DNA from: an uncultured delta proteobacterium
GTDB lineage: Bacteria > Desulfobacterota > BSN033 > UBA1163
Length of the DNA stretch: 64,000 bases
Assembly: GCA_963827685.1 (NCBI GenBank)
Contig: CAWHBU010000003.1
Location: 1,174,140-1,238,139, forward strand
Reading direction: 5' to 3'
Of this stretch, positions 18,480 to 29,424 are shown in pieces. The position numbers were made by a program, and so were the translations under genes. Every line of letters starts with the position of its first letter. Within the stretch, counting starts at the first letter, position 1. Below the pieces are notes generated by a model. That model searched no databases, was not told the DNA's origin, and saw nothing but the letters and a program-made list of their open reading frames with translations.

Positions 18480-19943
18480 CTACTTCAGGTCAAGGAGCAG
18501 CCGCTGGAATTCTCCAGATTCCGAAAGGATGCGGTGGGCGGCATCCCGTGTTTTGTCCACCTCCTCAAGAGACAGATTAAGGGCGGTCGGTAACCTCTTA
18601 AAGTGCCTTCGCTCCGTTTCATCCTTCAACGCATCAAACTTCACTTCAACGATGTAAAACTGAATATCACCACAGGAACCCGGTGAGGTAGAAACCGCTC
18701 CTCCTTTGCATCTCTCAGTCCTTATCTCATCCGCCCACGAACCGACGCTTTCTTTCAAGAGGGCTATGGTTTCTTTGTTGTACCGGTCGATCGCGATCGA
18801 GGAGTAAGAAGCAAGCATGACGCCGAAAGTGGGAATCTTTTCTGTCTTGTCCCACTTGGGATCGGGTTCTGTTTCAGCGTTCACCACGATGAAGACCACT
18901 TTGCGGACCTTTTCCATCGGCGTCCCTTTCATCGTTCCCCAGACGCTCCCTCTGACGATGACCCTGTCAAGAACGGCCTTCAGACCTAGATTATCCCCCA
19001 CCCCGCCATCGACAAGATGAATATATGGCTTCTTTTCAGGATCTAAAAATGGGGCGATGTCATTGAGCAGATAAAACTGCCGCTCTAAGATGTCACGGCC
19101 TTCTAAGACTTTCTCGAATCCCTCCGGTGTCTTAAAACCGCAGGTCCCAGCGTAGTTCCGCAAGGTGATGGGGGTGAGCGCCATAGGAATTGCTGATGAG
19201 GCGGCGGCAGCCCTTGCCACGGAGAAAGGAGAGAGGTCTGAACAGATCAGATCAAAAGCCTCTTGAGTAAACCCTACCCTGGTCCCATGCGTCATGTCCG
19301 TGGCGTTCATGATGATGAAGGGGCCTTTTCGGGCTGCGATATCACCAAAGGTACCCCCTTCGAAAATATGATTGTCATAATATTCAGCAGCCAGATCACT
19401 CCGAGCGAAGGTCGGCGACAAAAACCGCACCCAATTGGCAACATTGAACAGAGCTCTTAAGATAAGACCTCTTTGAATGTTCTTCTTCAAGAACTTGCTT
19501 TCAAAATCCTCAAAGATACGGTCTCCAAAGAGGCCGTAGTACCCTGCCGTGAAACTTCCTCCGGAGACACTCGATATTACATCCACCTCATCCAGAAGCC
19601 GCCGCCTTCTTCCGTCAAGAACGATTTCAGTCTTTCGCAATTCCTCGAGAACGCCATAGGAAAGTGCAGCCGCCCGCATCCCTCCACCTGAAAAAGTGAG
19701 GTACAGAAGCAGACTGTCTGAATTGTCAGGAGTTTTCATGGTGGCTGCTCTGTAACCTGCATCAAGGCGAACCTCTTTAATCGGCTGATTGACCGGATAG
19801 TGAGCACAACCAACAGTAAAAGAGACAGCCAGCAGGAGCACATCCATGAGGATTCTCTTCTTGTTTAACCTAAATACTTTCCTGTTCTTGTTTTTCAATT
19901 CTTGCCTCCATTTTTTTAATCGCCTCATGATTATCCACTCCAT
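18480..19943 (-). CDS. Patatin-like phospholipase lipoprotein (start uncertain)
   Basis: SGGGMRAA, SVSGG nucleophile, DGG; lipobox-like VGC. Confidence 0.88.
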   Translation of the reverse strand: MEWIIMRRLKKWRQELKNKNRKVFRLNKKRILMDVLLLAVSFTVGCAHYPVNQPIKEVRLDAGYRAATMKTPDNSDSLLLYLTFSGGGMRAAALSYGVLEELRKTEIVLDGRRRRLLDEVDVISSVSGGSFTAGYYGLFGDRIFEDFESKFLKKNIQRGLILRALFNVANWVRFLSPTFARSDLAAEYYDNHIFEGGTFGDIAARKGPFIIMNATDMTHGTRVGFTQEAFDLICSDLSPFSVARAAAASSAIPMALTPITLRNYAGTCGFKTPEGFEKVLEGRDILERQFYLLNDIAPFLDPEKKPYIHLVDGGVGDNLGLKAVLDRVIVRGSVWGTMKGTPMEKVRKVVFIVVNAETEPDPKWDKTEKIPTFGVMLASYSSIAIDRYNKETIALLKESVGSWADEIRTERCKGGAVSTSPGSCGDIQFYIVEVKFDALKDETERRHFKRLPTALNLSLEEVDKTRDAAHRILSESGEFQRLLLDLK

Positions 19944-20374
19944 CTTCTTCCAGGTTTTGTCTGGGGTTTTGTAACGGATTTCTATATTCTTACCATTTAT
20001 TTGATGGTGGGGTAAAGTGGGTTATGAACAGTTAACGGATTCACTGAATCGTCGGAGACGCCGAAAGCAACACAGCTTGCCAAAACCTGCTTCTCCCCAA
20101 AACTTGCTATATGGAAGACATATCGAATCGGAACTTGGGATCGACGTGATGACCATCTTGGAGTGTGTCTGCGGGGAAGGGAGACACGTGCAATTTGTGG
20201 ACTAACGATTGTAAGAGTGTATGTTTCTTGAAACTGTTCGTTTCTCGATTACAGGAAGTAGTCTTCAGAAAAGCGGTTACGTATAGCATCTACAAGTCTT
20301 CACTCCAGACCAAACGGAAGAATTAAGGATTATTGCTAGAAATGTGCATAAGAAAAGGCAGAGTCATTGTGTTT

Positions 20375-20828
20375 TTATTCGGTCACTAAATGAAAATGTA
20401 AATATGTAACATCCTGAGAACCTGGGCCGTTTGTGTAGAAGCGATACTTCGATAACTTCTCTTGCTCAATAATTCACCTCACAACAAAAAAAGCATCAGT
20501 CAAATATTGTGTCGGCTTCAGAAATCTCTCCAATATTCTTGATGTCTCTCCTTGGAATGATAACGTAATGAATTCGTTCCAGGGAAAATGGACGTTTAAT
20601 AACGACCGTTTTGTCGGTTTCAAAAACCACGAAAGGCATTAGATTAGGAAATTTTCGAATTCCAACGGAGGCAATCAGGCCCAGTAGATCTTCATGAGTC
20701 AAACAATTCTGGCAACGATTTATTGCCAAAAAAGACCTGGGTTGTGACTGAGAAAACAAATAGCCACCAATCAAAATCCCCACGCATATAGAAATTAGAA
20801 CTAAAAGGATAATTTTGAATTTTTTCAT
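20375..20828 (-). pseudogene. HIT-family protein, frameshifted
   Basis: ORF stops at 20496; another frame continues TNGPGSQDVTYLHFHL (HIT motif) to a TAA at 20375. Confidence 0.7.
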
Positions 20829-21094
20829 CGTTCGTCTTCACCTGAAAAGCTGCGTGATACAAACATCATACTCCTTATATTAACATCATTTCCAATATGC
20901 CAAGAATTTGGAAATTAATTAAAGTGTTTGAGACTTTAACAAAAATTCCTTGCTAATCCCAAAGAAATAAAAAGACAGGGCCATTTCTGACCTTGCCATC
21001 GCTTTTTGAAAATCGAATAGAAAATGATTTATTTTGTTGGGCTGCTGAATAGGAAGGGTTGAATTAAGAAATATTTTCGTTCATACAACCCACA

Positions 21095-21790
21095 CTATTT
21101 TTTCTTCCTTATATCCATACCTTTCCATCTCCCTGCCGTTTTCATGAATCGGTCCCGATAGAAGTAGGCGAGCAATAGAATGATACCTATGATTCCCAGA
21201 ATGACGAGAACCACCGCGCCCTGATAGTTCCTCACACAACTTCCGCTTACTGAAAGTAAAATGGTTCCAAGTAACCTGCCGACAGTAGAAACGACAATAA
21301 AGGTCCAAATATTCATCTGGCTAAGACCTACGATGTAACAAAGCGCAGCTTTGGGAAAACCGGGAATTAGAAAAAGGATAAAGGAAACGAGAGGACCCCG
21401 TAGTGCCATAAAGTGATCGTATTTTTGCATAACCGAAGCCTTCGCAACTCTCCTTACAAGCGGCAGGCCGTATACTCTGGCGAGAATAAAGGCTAACCAT
21501 GAGCCAATGCTGAGGCCGATGGTAGAATAAATGGTACCTAAGACAGGACCGTAGAGATAACCGCCGATGACTCCGGTTAATTCGGCGGGTATTGCCCCTG
21601 CGATTAGCACCTGGAAAATCTGCAAGGCGATGAAAACAAAATCGTCGTAAGGATGGAAGGAGTTAATGAACTCGATCACCTTGTTCTGGTAATTCAAGAA
21701 GAAATAGACGTTGTAGTGAATAAAAAGGTAGGTTCCAAGGATAATAAAAAAGACTAAAAAAATGCCCTTGAGGAAGTAACTGATCTTCAT
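21095..21790 (-). CDS. TVP38/TMEM64 (DedA/VTT) membrane protein
   Basis: GGYLYGPVLG and FLIPGFP...YIVGLS. Confidence 0.85.
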   Translation of the reverse strand: MKISYFLKGIFLVFFIILGTYLFIHYNVYFFLNYQNKVIEFINSFHPYDDFVFIALQIFQVLIAGAIPAELTGVIGGYLYGPVLGTIYSTIGLSIGSWLAFILARVYGLPLVRRVAKASVMQKYDHFMALRGPLVSFILFLIPGFPKAALCYIVGLSQMNIWTFIVVSTVGRLLGTILLSVSGSCVRNYQGAVVLVILGIIGIILLLAYFYRDRFMKTAGRWKGMDIRKKK

Positions 21791-22095
21791 ATCAATTTGG
21801 GATTTTCATCTGAAGCTCATTCCTAAAGTTCGATTATACTGCAAAAATCAAATGATCTTCGCTGACCCAAAAGAATACAGAAAGAGCTTTAGTTTTTTGC
21901 TGTCTATTTTATTAACGCCCCAATGCGTTTGGCTACAAAATGGTAGGACGAAAATTGAAAGAAGTAATCCAGGATTATTTCATCAAAGATAAAGGCAACT
22001 ACTCCTCCCAAAAGGCAGATAATTCCCTTTTCAATTCTAATTGATGTGATGCTTTCAACAAAGTAAGATTCATTCAGGCATTTGCACCATATTAA

Positions 22096-22503
22096 TTAAG
22101 ACACCTGTTCTTGGGTGGAACCTCTTTTCCCTGCTATCCCTACTGCTTTTGGCTCCCCTATTTCATTTGTACCTCCCTTTCCTTCACCTTGAAAGGGTGT
22201 TAATCCCTCTACGGAAGCAAGCGAGGTATTTGAATCCCCCATCTGCGACTGTTCCGTCCCTTCTTTGGGTTTCATGGAAGCAGATACCTTTTCAGCTAAA
22301 TCGGTAAAAAGGTCCATCCCGGTTAAGTTGCTTCTCATCTCTTCTAAATCTTTAATTCCAATACTTTCCTTTATCTCTTCAGTCGTTTTCTTAAACTCTC
22401 CCAGTGCCCTTCCAATAGTCTTGGCTAATTCTGGGAGTTTTTTAGGCCCAAAAACAATCAAGGCAATCACCAGGATCACCAACAAGTCCGGCCCTGCAAG
22501 CAT
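22096..22503 (-). CDS. tatB: TatA/TatB-family subunit
   Basis: [17 protein letters not shown] with a long tail; RBS GGAGG. Confidence 0.75.
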   Translation of the reverse strand: MLAGPDLLVILVIALIVFGPKKLPELAKTIGRALGEFKKTTEEIKESIGIKDLEEMRSNLTGMDLFTDLAEKVSASMKPKEGTEQSQMGDSNTSLASVEGLTPFQGEGKGGTNEIGEPKAVGIAGKRGSTQEQVS

Positions 22504-22566
22504 AAAACCTCCTTTCTGAAATTTCCAAGAGTAACAATTCAAATCACGAAGGATATAAAAAACCTT

Positions 22567-22761
22567 CTACTGTTTACCCTCTCCTGAAATCTCCTCAGGT
22601 TTTTTGGGGGGCACATCGATCTTTTCTCTCTCGGTCGCACCTTTGAAGTTTCGGATCGCTTTCCCCAGGTTTTCACCAATCTGAGGGAGCTTGCCTGCAC
22701 CGAAAACGATCAAGGCAATAACCAAGATGACCATCAACTCCGGCATTCCAACACTTCCCAT
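22567..22761 (-). CDS. tatA: TatA subunit
   Basis: GMPEL...[19 protein letters not shown]. Confidence 0.9.
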   Translation of the reverse strand: MGSVGMPELMVILVIALIVFGAGKLPQIGENLGKAIRNFKGATEREKIDVPPKKPEEISGEGKQ

Positions 22762-22864
22762 TTTTCTCCTCCTTTAAAGAGACTATGTAATGCTTTCATA
22801 CGATAACCTGTGAAATTATTTTACAGATGAGTGTGACGGGTTCTTGGAAACCCTTAAGGCACGG

Positions 22865-23278
22865 TTATCTTGCTCCACTAAAAACAGTGATTTGAGAGCT
22901 TATCACATTGGTCCGTTGCGTCTCCCCGTCACGTAAATATTCAGCATAACATTCCATTGTATATTGCCCAGGGTCAGCAGGAGGAAGCTGTATGATGAAG
23001 TTTCCTGGGGATCCATACTTTAAATACCTTGCCTTAAAACAGTACGGACCACCACCTGACCAGGAGCAACAAGCCTTACTAATCTCCGGTTTACCGTCTG
23101 CTCTAAAAATAATAATAAGATCATACGGAAACCCTCCTGTGATTTGGCTTGGAACCTGCATACTTAATAACCTCAGTTCCCCTGGAGCAAGAGGTTCGGT
23201 TGGCACTGTGGCACAGGAAAAAACTAACAACATAATGACTACACCCATCAGAACAGCTATTAAGGATTTCACAACCAC
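22865..23278 (-). CDS. Lipoprotein, paralog of 28307-28735
   Basis: Lipobox VFSC; shared CATVPTEPLA and ECYAEY. Confidence 0.75.
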   Translation of the reverse strand: MVVKSLIAVLMGVVIMLLVFSCATVPTEPLAPGELRLLSMQVPSQITGGFPYDLIIIFRADGKPEISKACCSWSGGGPYCFKARYLKYGSPGNFIIQLPPADPGQYTMECYAEYLRDGETQRTNVISSQITVFSGAR

Positions 23279-23450
23279 AAACCTCCTTCCTATTATATCC
23301 CTTTCTTTTCAATTCCTCCACTTTTTTTATATCGTGTTATACAGCAAATGTGACCAATTTCTTTGCCTTGTAAATCTAAGAGAAGTTTTACTAACCAAAG
23401 ATTAAACGGCCATTACCGATTTAAATCCTTATTCTAAAACGTATGACTTG

Positions 23451-23861
23451 TCAGTTAAAGTCCGACCGTGGGAGTTCGGCAGTTCGCGCACGGTCTAAGA
23501 TGCCCAGTGCAAGAACGAAATCGTCTAACTGATTAAAGGCCTGTGTGTAGAGAGCAAAATACCCAGTGAATTGTTTCTCCATCCCCTTTTTCAAATAGAC
23601 AAAAGTCGGCTTGTAATAACTTTCTCCCGGTTGTTCAATGCAACAGACGACCCGATACATATTGCCTTCCGGATCAATGACAGAGAGATAAATCTTCCAG
23701 GTGTCTCCTTGTCGTATTTTTTCCGGTGCATAGGCCAAGTTGACGATAAATTCTCCTTTTGTTTGGGCATGGCTATTCGTCATTAAGCCAATCAAAATGA
23801 GAAAGAGGCTTAGAACAAGAAAGAATTTCATAAACAATTTCATCACTAAACCCTCCTTCAC
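23451..23861 (-). CDS. Secreted hypothetical protein, probably truncated; paralog of 28849-29280
   Basis: Signal peptide; near-identical DNA to ~28750-29195. Confidence 0.65.
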   Translation of the reverse strand: MKEGLVMKLFMKFFLVLSLFLILIGLMTNSHAQTKGEFIVNLAYAPEKIRQGDTWKIYLSVIDPEGNMYRVVCCIEQPGESYYKPTFVYLKKGMEKQFTGYFALYTQAFNQLDDFVLALGILDRARTAELPRSDFN

Positions 23862-24074
23862 TCATTTCGTTTTTGATGCTAACCTCCTGCTGTCAAAAAT
23901 GGATCAGCAGGTACACTCCATCCAAGGACCTAACAACCTAATTTTTTCTCAAGTCTAGCGGAAATGAAGAGCCTCCTCAAACTGACAATCCCCATAACTA
24001 TACAAAAAATCTTGTTTAGTTTTCTCCAATTGTCAAGAGAAAAAGTCTTTGTAAAAACCTCTTCCACCACATTT

Positions 24075-24364
24075 TCAGATCAGCATGGCTCGTAGGGGAA
24101 CCCCTATGATAATGCCTTTGCTGAAAGTTTTATTAAGACCCTCAAGAGTGAAGAAATCAATCTTTCGGAATATCGGACTCTTGAGGACGTTTACCAACGA
24201 CTTCCCTTTTTCATTGAAGAAGTGTATAACAAGAAGCGATTGCACTCTTCGCTGGGATATTTACCCCCAGATGAATTTGAAGCCATGGCCCTACAAACTA
24301 ATAACCCTTTGCACCCCTGTCTATCACTCTAACTCAAACTGTCCAATCCCAGGGGTTCAGTCCA
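24075..24364 (+). mobile_element. IS3-family remnant (integrase C-terminus + right end)
   Basis: Frameshifted [15 protein letters not shown]...[12 protein letters not shown]; terminal ...GGGGTTCAGTCCA. Confidence 0.85.
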
Positions 24365-24476
24365 CTGCATATGAGCCAATAGGTTGGCGGCTTCTAAAGA
24401 GATATCAAATATTAAGAAATATATTAAAATACTTTAGAACTAACGTTCCCTTCAATCTACATTTCTTAGATTGGAA

Positions 24477-25115
24477 CTAGGCCGGTCTCATAAAGAACAA
24501 GGCAATGTTTCCCCCACTGACGATTTCCTTTTTTTCTAACACCAACTTCGAAGCATCTATCAATCCGGGTAATCCTTTCCTTTTAAGAAAATCACGATAA
24601 TTTTTGAAATGCTCGCACCCCGCTACCATCTCGAAAAAAAGAATAATGGCCTTAAACATCCACCCCATTGGAAAGCGAATTGGCCCAGGGTGATAATCCG
24701 TTAACAAAATCCTTCCCTCTCGACTCATGACTCGAATCATTTCTTTCATAACTTGTGGTCTTATCATGTATGGCATCTCATGCAAAGTAAGCATTGAGGT
24801 AACGAGATCAAAGGAATTATCTCGATAGGGCATCTCTGATGCGTCTCCGACACGAAGATCAGCGTGTTTCCCCAATTTGTTGCGTGCGACTTCCAACATG
24901 GAGGGGGATAAATCAATCCCATGGACAAGGCATCCAGCCTGATGGTAAAGCACTAAATTCGTACCGGTTCCACACCCAACGTCCAGCACCTTCATTCCCG
25001 CCTTGACAGGAAAACTCTTTATTCCTGTCTGCCTTATGACAGAAGTGAGGGGCTCCACAAAGGTGTCATATTTTGATGCATATCTTCGACAGGGATCATT
25101 GACCATCTTTAGCAC
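24477..25115 (-). CDS. Class I SAM-dependent methyltransferase
   Basis: VLDVGCGTG, GIDLSPSML and FDLV. Confidence 0.9.
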   Translation of the reverse strand: MLKMVNDPCRRYASKYDTFVEPLTSVIRQTGIKSFPVKAGMKVLDVGCGTGTNLVLYHQAGCLVHGIDLSPSMLEVARNKLGKHADLRVGDASEMPYRDNSFDLVTSMLTLHEMPYMIRPQVMKEMIRVMSREGRILLTDYHPGPIRFPMGWMFKAIILFFEMVAGCEHFKNYRDFLKRKGLPGLIDASKLVLEKKEIVSGGNIALFFMRPA

Positions 25116-25411
25116 CCATGTTCATTGCCACTTTTCAACAAGCAAAGGGAAGTTTTTTCTTTTTTTAAGATAATGCTGCCCGAATGATTCCCGCCGAAAA
25201 AGGCTTCCGGTGTGCTGGATAGATCATTTTGGCCCCCTGGTCTGTCAGTTTCATCAAGAAAAATGCCTGTGGGCTTTCACTGTAATAATATCAATAATGA
25301 CTCTGGCTCTGCTAGCGGCAAGCTTAAGCCTTCGCTGAAGGCAGAGCTAAACCATTCGGCTCCTCTATCGGAAGAATTGCCTCCCGTCGATCCGCCCATT
25401 TCCGCCATCAC

Positions 25412-26092
25412 CTAATCGATTTGGAAGAAACTATCTGACACACCGGTATTAATTCTTGGGTTTTGACAGCTTATGGTTCTTTCCAATTGCCCGTCGGGCG
25501 TTGACTCTTCCACCTTTACTGGAAGCCAAAGGTTCTTATCAATGAAGAACTGGTACAGCGTTACGATACCCTCGCGAAAATGGTTAACCGCTAACACCCG
25601 GATTCGAATATACCCGTCCTGCTCAATCTGTACCAGCCCTCGGCGCTGATCTGTAAGACTGTGAGAGATATTCTTGATCAGGAGCCCCACGTCAGTCTGG
25701 TCTATCCGCCGTCCCGAAGCTCCCATTATTAGAGAATTTCCAGACGACAGATGAAAGTGAAAAATATGAGCCCATCCTCCCGGACGTATACTTACCTTTC
25801 CGCTCTTGTCAGGGTAGACCAAGATCATGTCAGAATGTGGTGATTCAAGATCGAGGCGGATCCATTTAGGTTTCTTAAAGGTGTATAGGAACTTCTGCGT
25901 TTCGAATGAACCCCCCGTTTTGTAGGTTCTGACCTCTACATTTGTTTGGTAGTCTTTTACCAGGGCATAGGCTGATACCATCTTCTTCAAGATGGTATCG
26001 GCATCCGATGGAATCTCAGCGGACGCATTGGAAAGTATAAGGCATGAAAAAAGAACAATCGTTAGTGCATGGTGAGATAATGAGAAAGACAT
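25412..26092 (-). CDS. LolA-like periplasmic protein
   Basis: Signal peptide; FKKPKWIR; FIDKNLWLPVK beta-rich pattern. Confidence 0.6.
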   Translation of the reverse strand: MSFSLSHHALTIVLFSCLILSNASAEIPSDADTILKKMVSAYALVKDYQTNVEVRTYKTGGSFETQKFLYTFKKPKWIRLDLESPHSDMILVYPDKSGKVSIRPGGWAHIFHFHLSSGNSLIMGASGRRIDQTDVGLLIKNISHSLTDQRRGLVQIEQDGYIRIRVLAVNHFREGIVTLYQFFIDKNLWLPVKVEESTPDGQLERTISCQNPRINTGVSDSFFQID

Positions 26093-26588
26093 ATGGTCAA
26101 TTCCCCTAGAACCAGTATAACCATTTTCCATTAGAATTTGATGCCCAGGCAGTGAAGTCTCCTGCCTCCGAAATGCAAAAAGAGTTAAAGCACCGTTGTT
26201 TGGCTATCTCTTTCATCAACCTCTTCAAAAGACGAGCTTTCTTCTATAGCTTTCTTTATGATCTGCTCTCGTATAACATTTTTACAGCCGAAAAGAACTA
26301 ATGTCGTCAATAAACCAGCAAGGCAATTTCTCTTTTTCAGATGCATCTTTAACCTCTCACTTCTTAGTTTTTGTGCCTTCGGAGGAGCAGACCCGCTTAC
26401 CGTGTTAGCGCCAGAAAAAAGGCCATCATATGGCAATCACCCTTTCGATCTCAGGCAATTGCGGTGCAAATTCGCTCACTTGTTCAAATTCTCCACCCTG
26501 CAAATCACTCCCCTTTTCAAGTCGGATATGGTTTTGACCTTCTAAGGTTTCTCAGCGAAAACTAAATCCCCGTTCTCTGCGGCAATAA

Positions 26589-27929
26589 TCAGAAAGAGAG
26601 GAGAGACTTAACCCAGTCCCGCTGCTGCCATAGGGCGCAGCCCCCCTTTGTTTCGGAAAGTCTATCATGATTCTCGCGGATGGTTTTTAAAAAACGCGAT
26701 TGGAGTGCCTCTTTAAGCGGAATCTTTTCGAGGCTGGTATCCGAATAGGGGGCCACAGGGCATGGCTCCAAATTCCCTTGCGCCGAAACATGAATAAACC
26801 CGCGCCCCGCGGAAAGACATCCTCCAAACTTTTCTTCGTCGCCCGGAAAAGCCACAAATAGGGCAGGTAGATTCTGTTCCCATCGGCAAATATGGGCCCA
26901 AAGGATTTTGCGCTGTATGTCTGTAAGTTCCATTAATGGGACGTTTTCTTCCAAAGGGACGTATTCCACGAAAAAGAAAAGTTTGCAGCCTGCTCGAATC
27001 CACGAACGAACAAACGATTCATCCACAACAGTTTCAAAATTCTGCCTTGTTGTCATAACCGAAATTCCAAAGAATATTTTGCGGTCAAAAAGTGTCTTGA
27101 CCACTTTATCTAAACGGTCGAACACGCCTTGTCCGCGCCTGCTGTCGGTTTCTTCTTTTTGCCCTTCTATGCTTAACACAGGGATTACATTTCTTTGCCT
27201 GGAAATTCTATTGATTTGAGTATCATCCATCAGGGTACCGTTGGTAAAAAGCGGAAAAAGAATTTCGGGAAAGTTTTCCGTAATCTGTAAGAGATTTTTG
27301 CGGAGCAGTGGTTCTCCTCCCGCAAGCAGAGCAATGGAAATGCCAACTTTATGCGCCTGCGTAAATAGATTATGAAGCATATCATCGCTCATCTCGGGAC
27401 CTTTGGATTCTGGAAGGGTATGAGAATAACATCCCAGGCACCGGAGATTACATCCGCGGGTAACGCTTACAATCATAAAAGGAGGAATATGATACCCCTG
27501 CTTCGCAAGCTTTTTGCGTACCAGGTCCGCCTTTTTTTGCCTGCGCACAGTTTGCAAGGCAAATACGGCCATTTGGGGGTCCTCGAGCGCAATACGAACC
27601 GCGCTTTTAAAGAGAAGCGAAAGTGACCGGCTTAACTCGAAAGTGGTATTCTTATCCGAGGAGACAGCAGCTGCGGCAGTGATGGCAAAAAATGTTACCA
27701 GCAGAACCAATCCCAGCATCTCACCATTTTGATTATCTGCCTCGATATAGATTTTTAAGCCATCTCCATATCTGCCCTTCTCCACAGTGTAAGCACGGGT
27801 AATCGCAGGGTTAGACATCCCCGGCTTAGGCTGTCTCGCGGTTGGCGTTTGTGTCCGCCCCGGGTCGACATTAAACAGGGTAAGCGCCAGGATCAGACTG
27901 AACAACCAAAATATCCTTCCCTTTTTCAT
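26589..27929 (-). CDS. Radical SAM/SPASM-twitch protein with a chimeric N-terminus
   Basis: CNLRCLGC, GGEPL and GCLSAGRGF..EPCP; preceded by two unrelated signal-peptide segments. Confidence 0.8.
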   Translation of the reverse strand: MKKGRIFWLFSLILALTLFNVDPGRTQTPTARQPKPGMSNPAITRAYTVEKGRYGDGLKIYIEADNQNGEMLGLVLLVTFFAITAAAAVSSDKNTTFELSRSLSLLFKSAVRIALEDPQMAVFALQTVRRQKKADLVRKKLAKQGYHIPPFMIVSVTRGCNLRCLGCYSHTLPESKGPEMSDDMLHNLFTQAHKVGISIALLAGGEPLLRKNLLQITENFPEILFPLFTNGTLMDDTQINRISRQRNVIPVLSIEGQKEETDSRRGQGVFDRLDKVVKTLFDRKIFFGISVMTTRQNFETVVDESFVRSWIRAGCKLFFFVEYVPLEENVPLMELTDIQRKILWAHICRWEQNLPALFVAFPGDEEKFGGCLSAGRGFIHVSAQGNLEPCPVAPYSDTSLEKIPLKEALQSRFLKTIRENHDRLSETKGGCALWQQRDWVKSLLSF

Positions 27930-27955
27930 CTGTCACACCTCCCCTTGATTCCCAT

Positions 27956-28258
27956 TCATCCTCTTGGACATCTTGCTTGGCATTTGCCATTCCCATAGGC
28001 TGTTCTCCTATCTAAAGTAAGCTTTCGGTTTCGCCAGCCTATTTTAAGGATAACAGCCCTTTTTATGCACGTGACAAAAGTCGGCTTGTAATAACTTTCT
28101 CCCGGTTGCTCAATGCGACAGGCGACCTGATGCATATTGCCTTCCGGATCAATGACAGGGAGATAAATCTTCCAGGTGTCTCCTTGTCGGATTTTTTCCG
28201 GTGCATTGGCGAAGTTGACGATAAGTTCTCCTTTTGTTTGAGCATAGCTATTCGTCAA
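27956..28258 (-). pseudogene. Third, truncated copy of the secreted-protein gene
   Basis: 28073-28257 matches ~23598-23781; lacks the signal peptide and abuts an IS3 end. Confidence 0.75.
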
Positions 28259-28264
28259 CTCAAA

Positions 28265-28300
28265 CTAACTCAAACTGTCCAATCCCAGGGGTTCAGTCCA
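28265..28300 (+). mobile_element. Isolated IS3 right end
   Basis: 36 bp identical to 24329-24364. Confidence 0.8.
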
Positions 28301-28306
28301 ACCCGA

Positions 28307-28735
28307 TTAATGCCCTGACTGGGTGCCAGCTACGATTTGGGTAAATACTACATTAGTCTTTCTTGTCTCTCCGTTTCGAATATACTCAGCATAACATTCC
28401 ACCCTATGTGAGCCAATGCTAACACCGGGAAGGTACACCTGGAAAGCTCTCTTCGTTCCTAAGGTTAAATACGAATAATCCGATACATCAAAACAGTATG
28501 GCTCCTGCCCTGATTCATAGAAACAGGCTCTTTTAATCTCTGGCTTACCAGCTGCCTCAAAAAAAATATTAACCGCAAAGGATGCATTCGCTTGGATACC
28601 ATTTCCCAGAGCATCTATGCTTAATAATTTTACCTCACCTGAAGCGAGAGGCTCGGTTGGCACTGTGGCACAGGAAAAAACTAATAACATAATGACTACA
28701 CCCATCAGAACAGCTATTAAGGATTTCATAATCAC
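28307..28735 (-). CDS. Lipoprotein paralog
   Basis: Nearly identical signal peptide and lipobox to 22865-23278, with a divergent centre. Confidence 0.75.
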   Translation of the reverse strand: MIMKSLIAVLMGVVIMLLVFSCATVPTEPLASGEVKLLSIDALGNGIQANASFAVNIFFEAAGKPEIKRACFYESGQEPYCFDVSDYSYLTLGTKRAFQVYLPGVSIGSHRVECYAEYIRNGETRKTNVVFTQIVAGTQSGH

Positions 28736-28848
28736 AAACCTCCTTCCTATTTTTTTATATCGTGTTATACAGCAGATGTGACCAATTTCTTTGCCTTGTA
28801 AATCTAAGAGAAGTTTTACTAACCAAAGATTAAACGGCCATTACCGAT

Positions 28849-29280
28849 TTAAATCCTTATTCTAAAACGTATGACTTGTCGGTTAAAGTCCGACCGTGGG
28901 GGTTCGGCAGTTCGCGCACGGTCTAAGATGCCCAGTGCAAGAACGAAATCATCTAACCCATGAAAGGTCTGTGTGTAGAGAGCAAAATAACCAGTGAATT
29001 GTTTCTCCATCCCCCCTTTCAGGTAGATTAAACTCGGCTTATAATAACTTTCCCCCGGTTGTTCAATGCGAGAGACGACCCGATGCATGTTGTCTTCCGG
29101 ATCAGTGACGGAGAGATAAATCTTCCAGGTGTCTTCTTGTCGTATTTTTTCCGGTGCATAGGTGAAGTTAACTATAAATGGGTCTTCTTTTGTTTGGGCT
29201 TGACTGGGCGTCTTCAAGCCGATGATTATGGTAACGATGCTTAAAATGGAAAAGAATCTTGTAAAGAGTTTCATCACCAT
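28849..29280 (-). CDS. Secreted hypothetical protein paralog
   Basis: APEKIRQEDTWKIYLSV shared with 23451-23861. Confidence 0.65.
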   Translation of the reverse strand: MVMKLFTRFFSILSIVTIIIGLKTPSQAQTKEDPFIVNFTYAPEKIRQEDTWKIYLSVTDPEDNMHRVVSRIEQPGESYYKPSLIYLKGGMEKQFTGYFALYTQTFHGLDDFVLALGILDRARTAEPPRSDFNRQVIRFRIRI

Positions 29281-29424
29281 AACCTCCTTCGGTGCTCTTT
29301 AATGAGGGTCTGATTCTCTATTCACTTTATTAGGGTTATCCACCTCCATGTGGCATTAACAAAGGCTCATAGAGATCAATGAAGGCATTCCCCAATAAGC
29401 TCATCCCCCGTCTCATGGGAGTTC

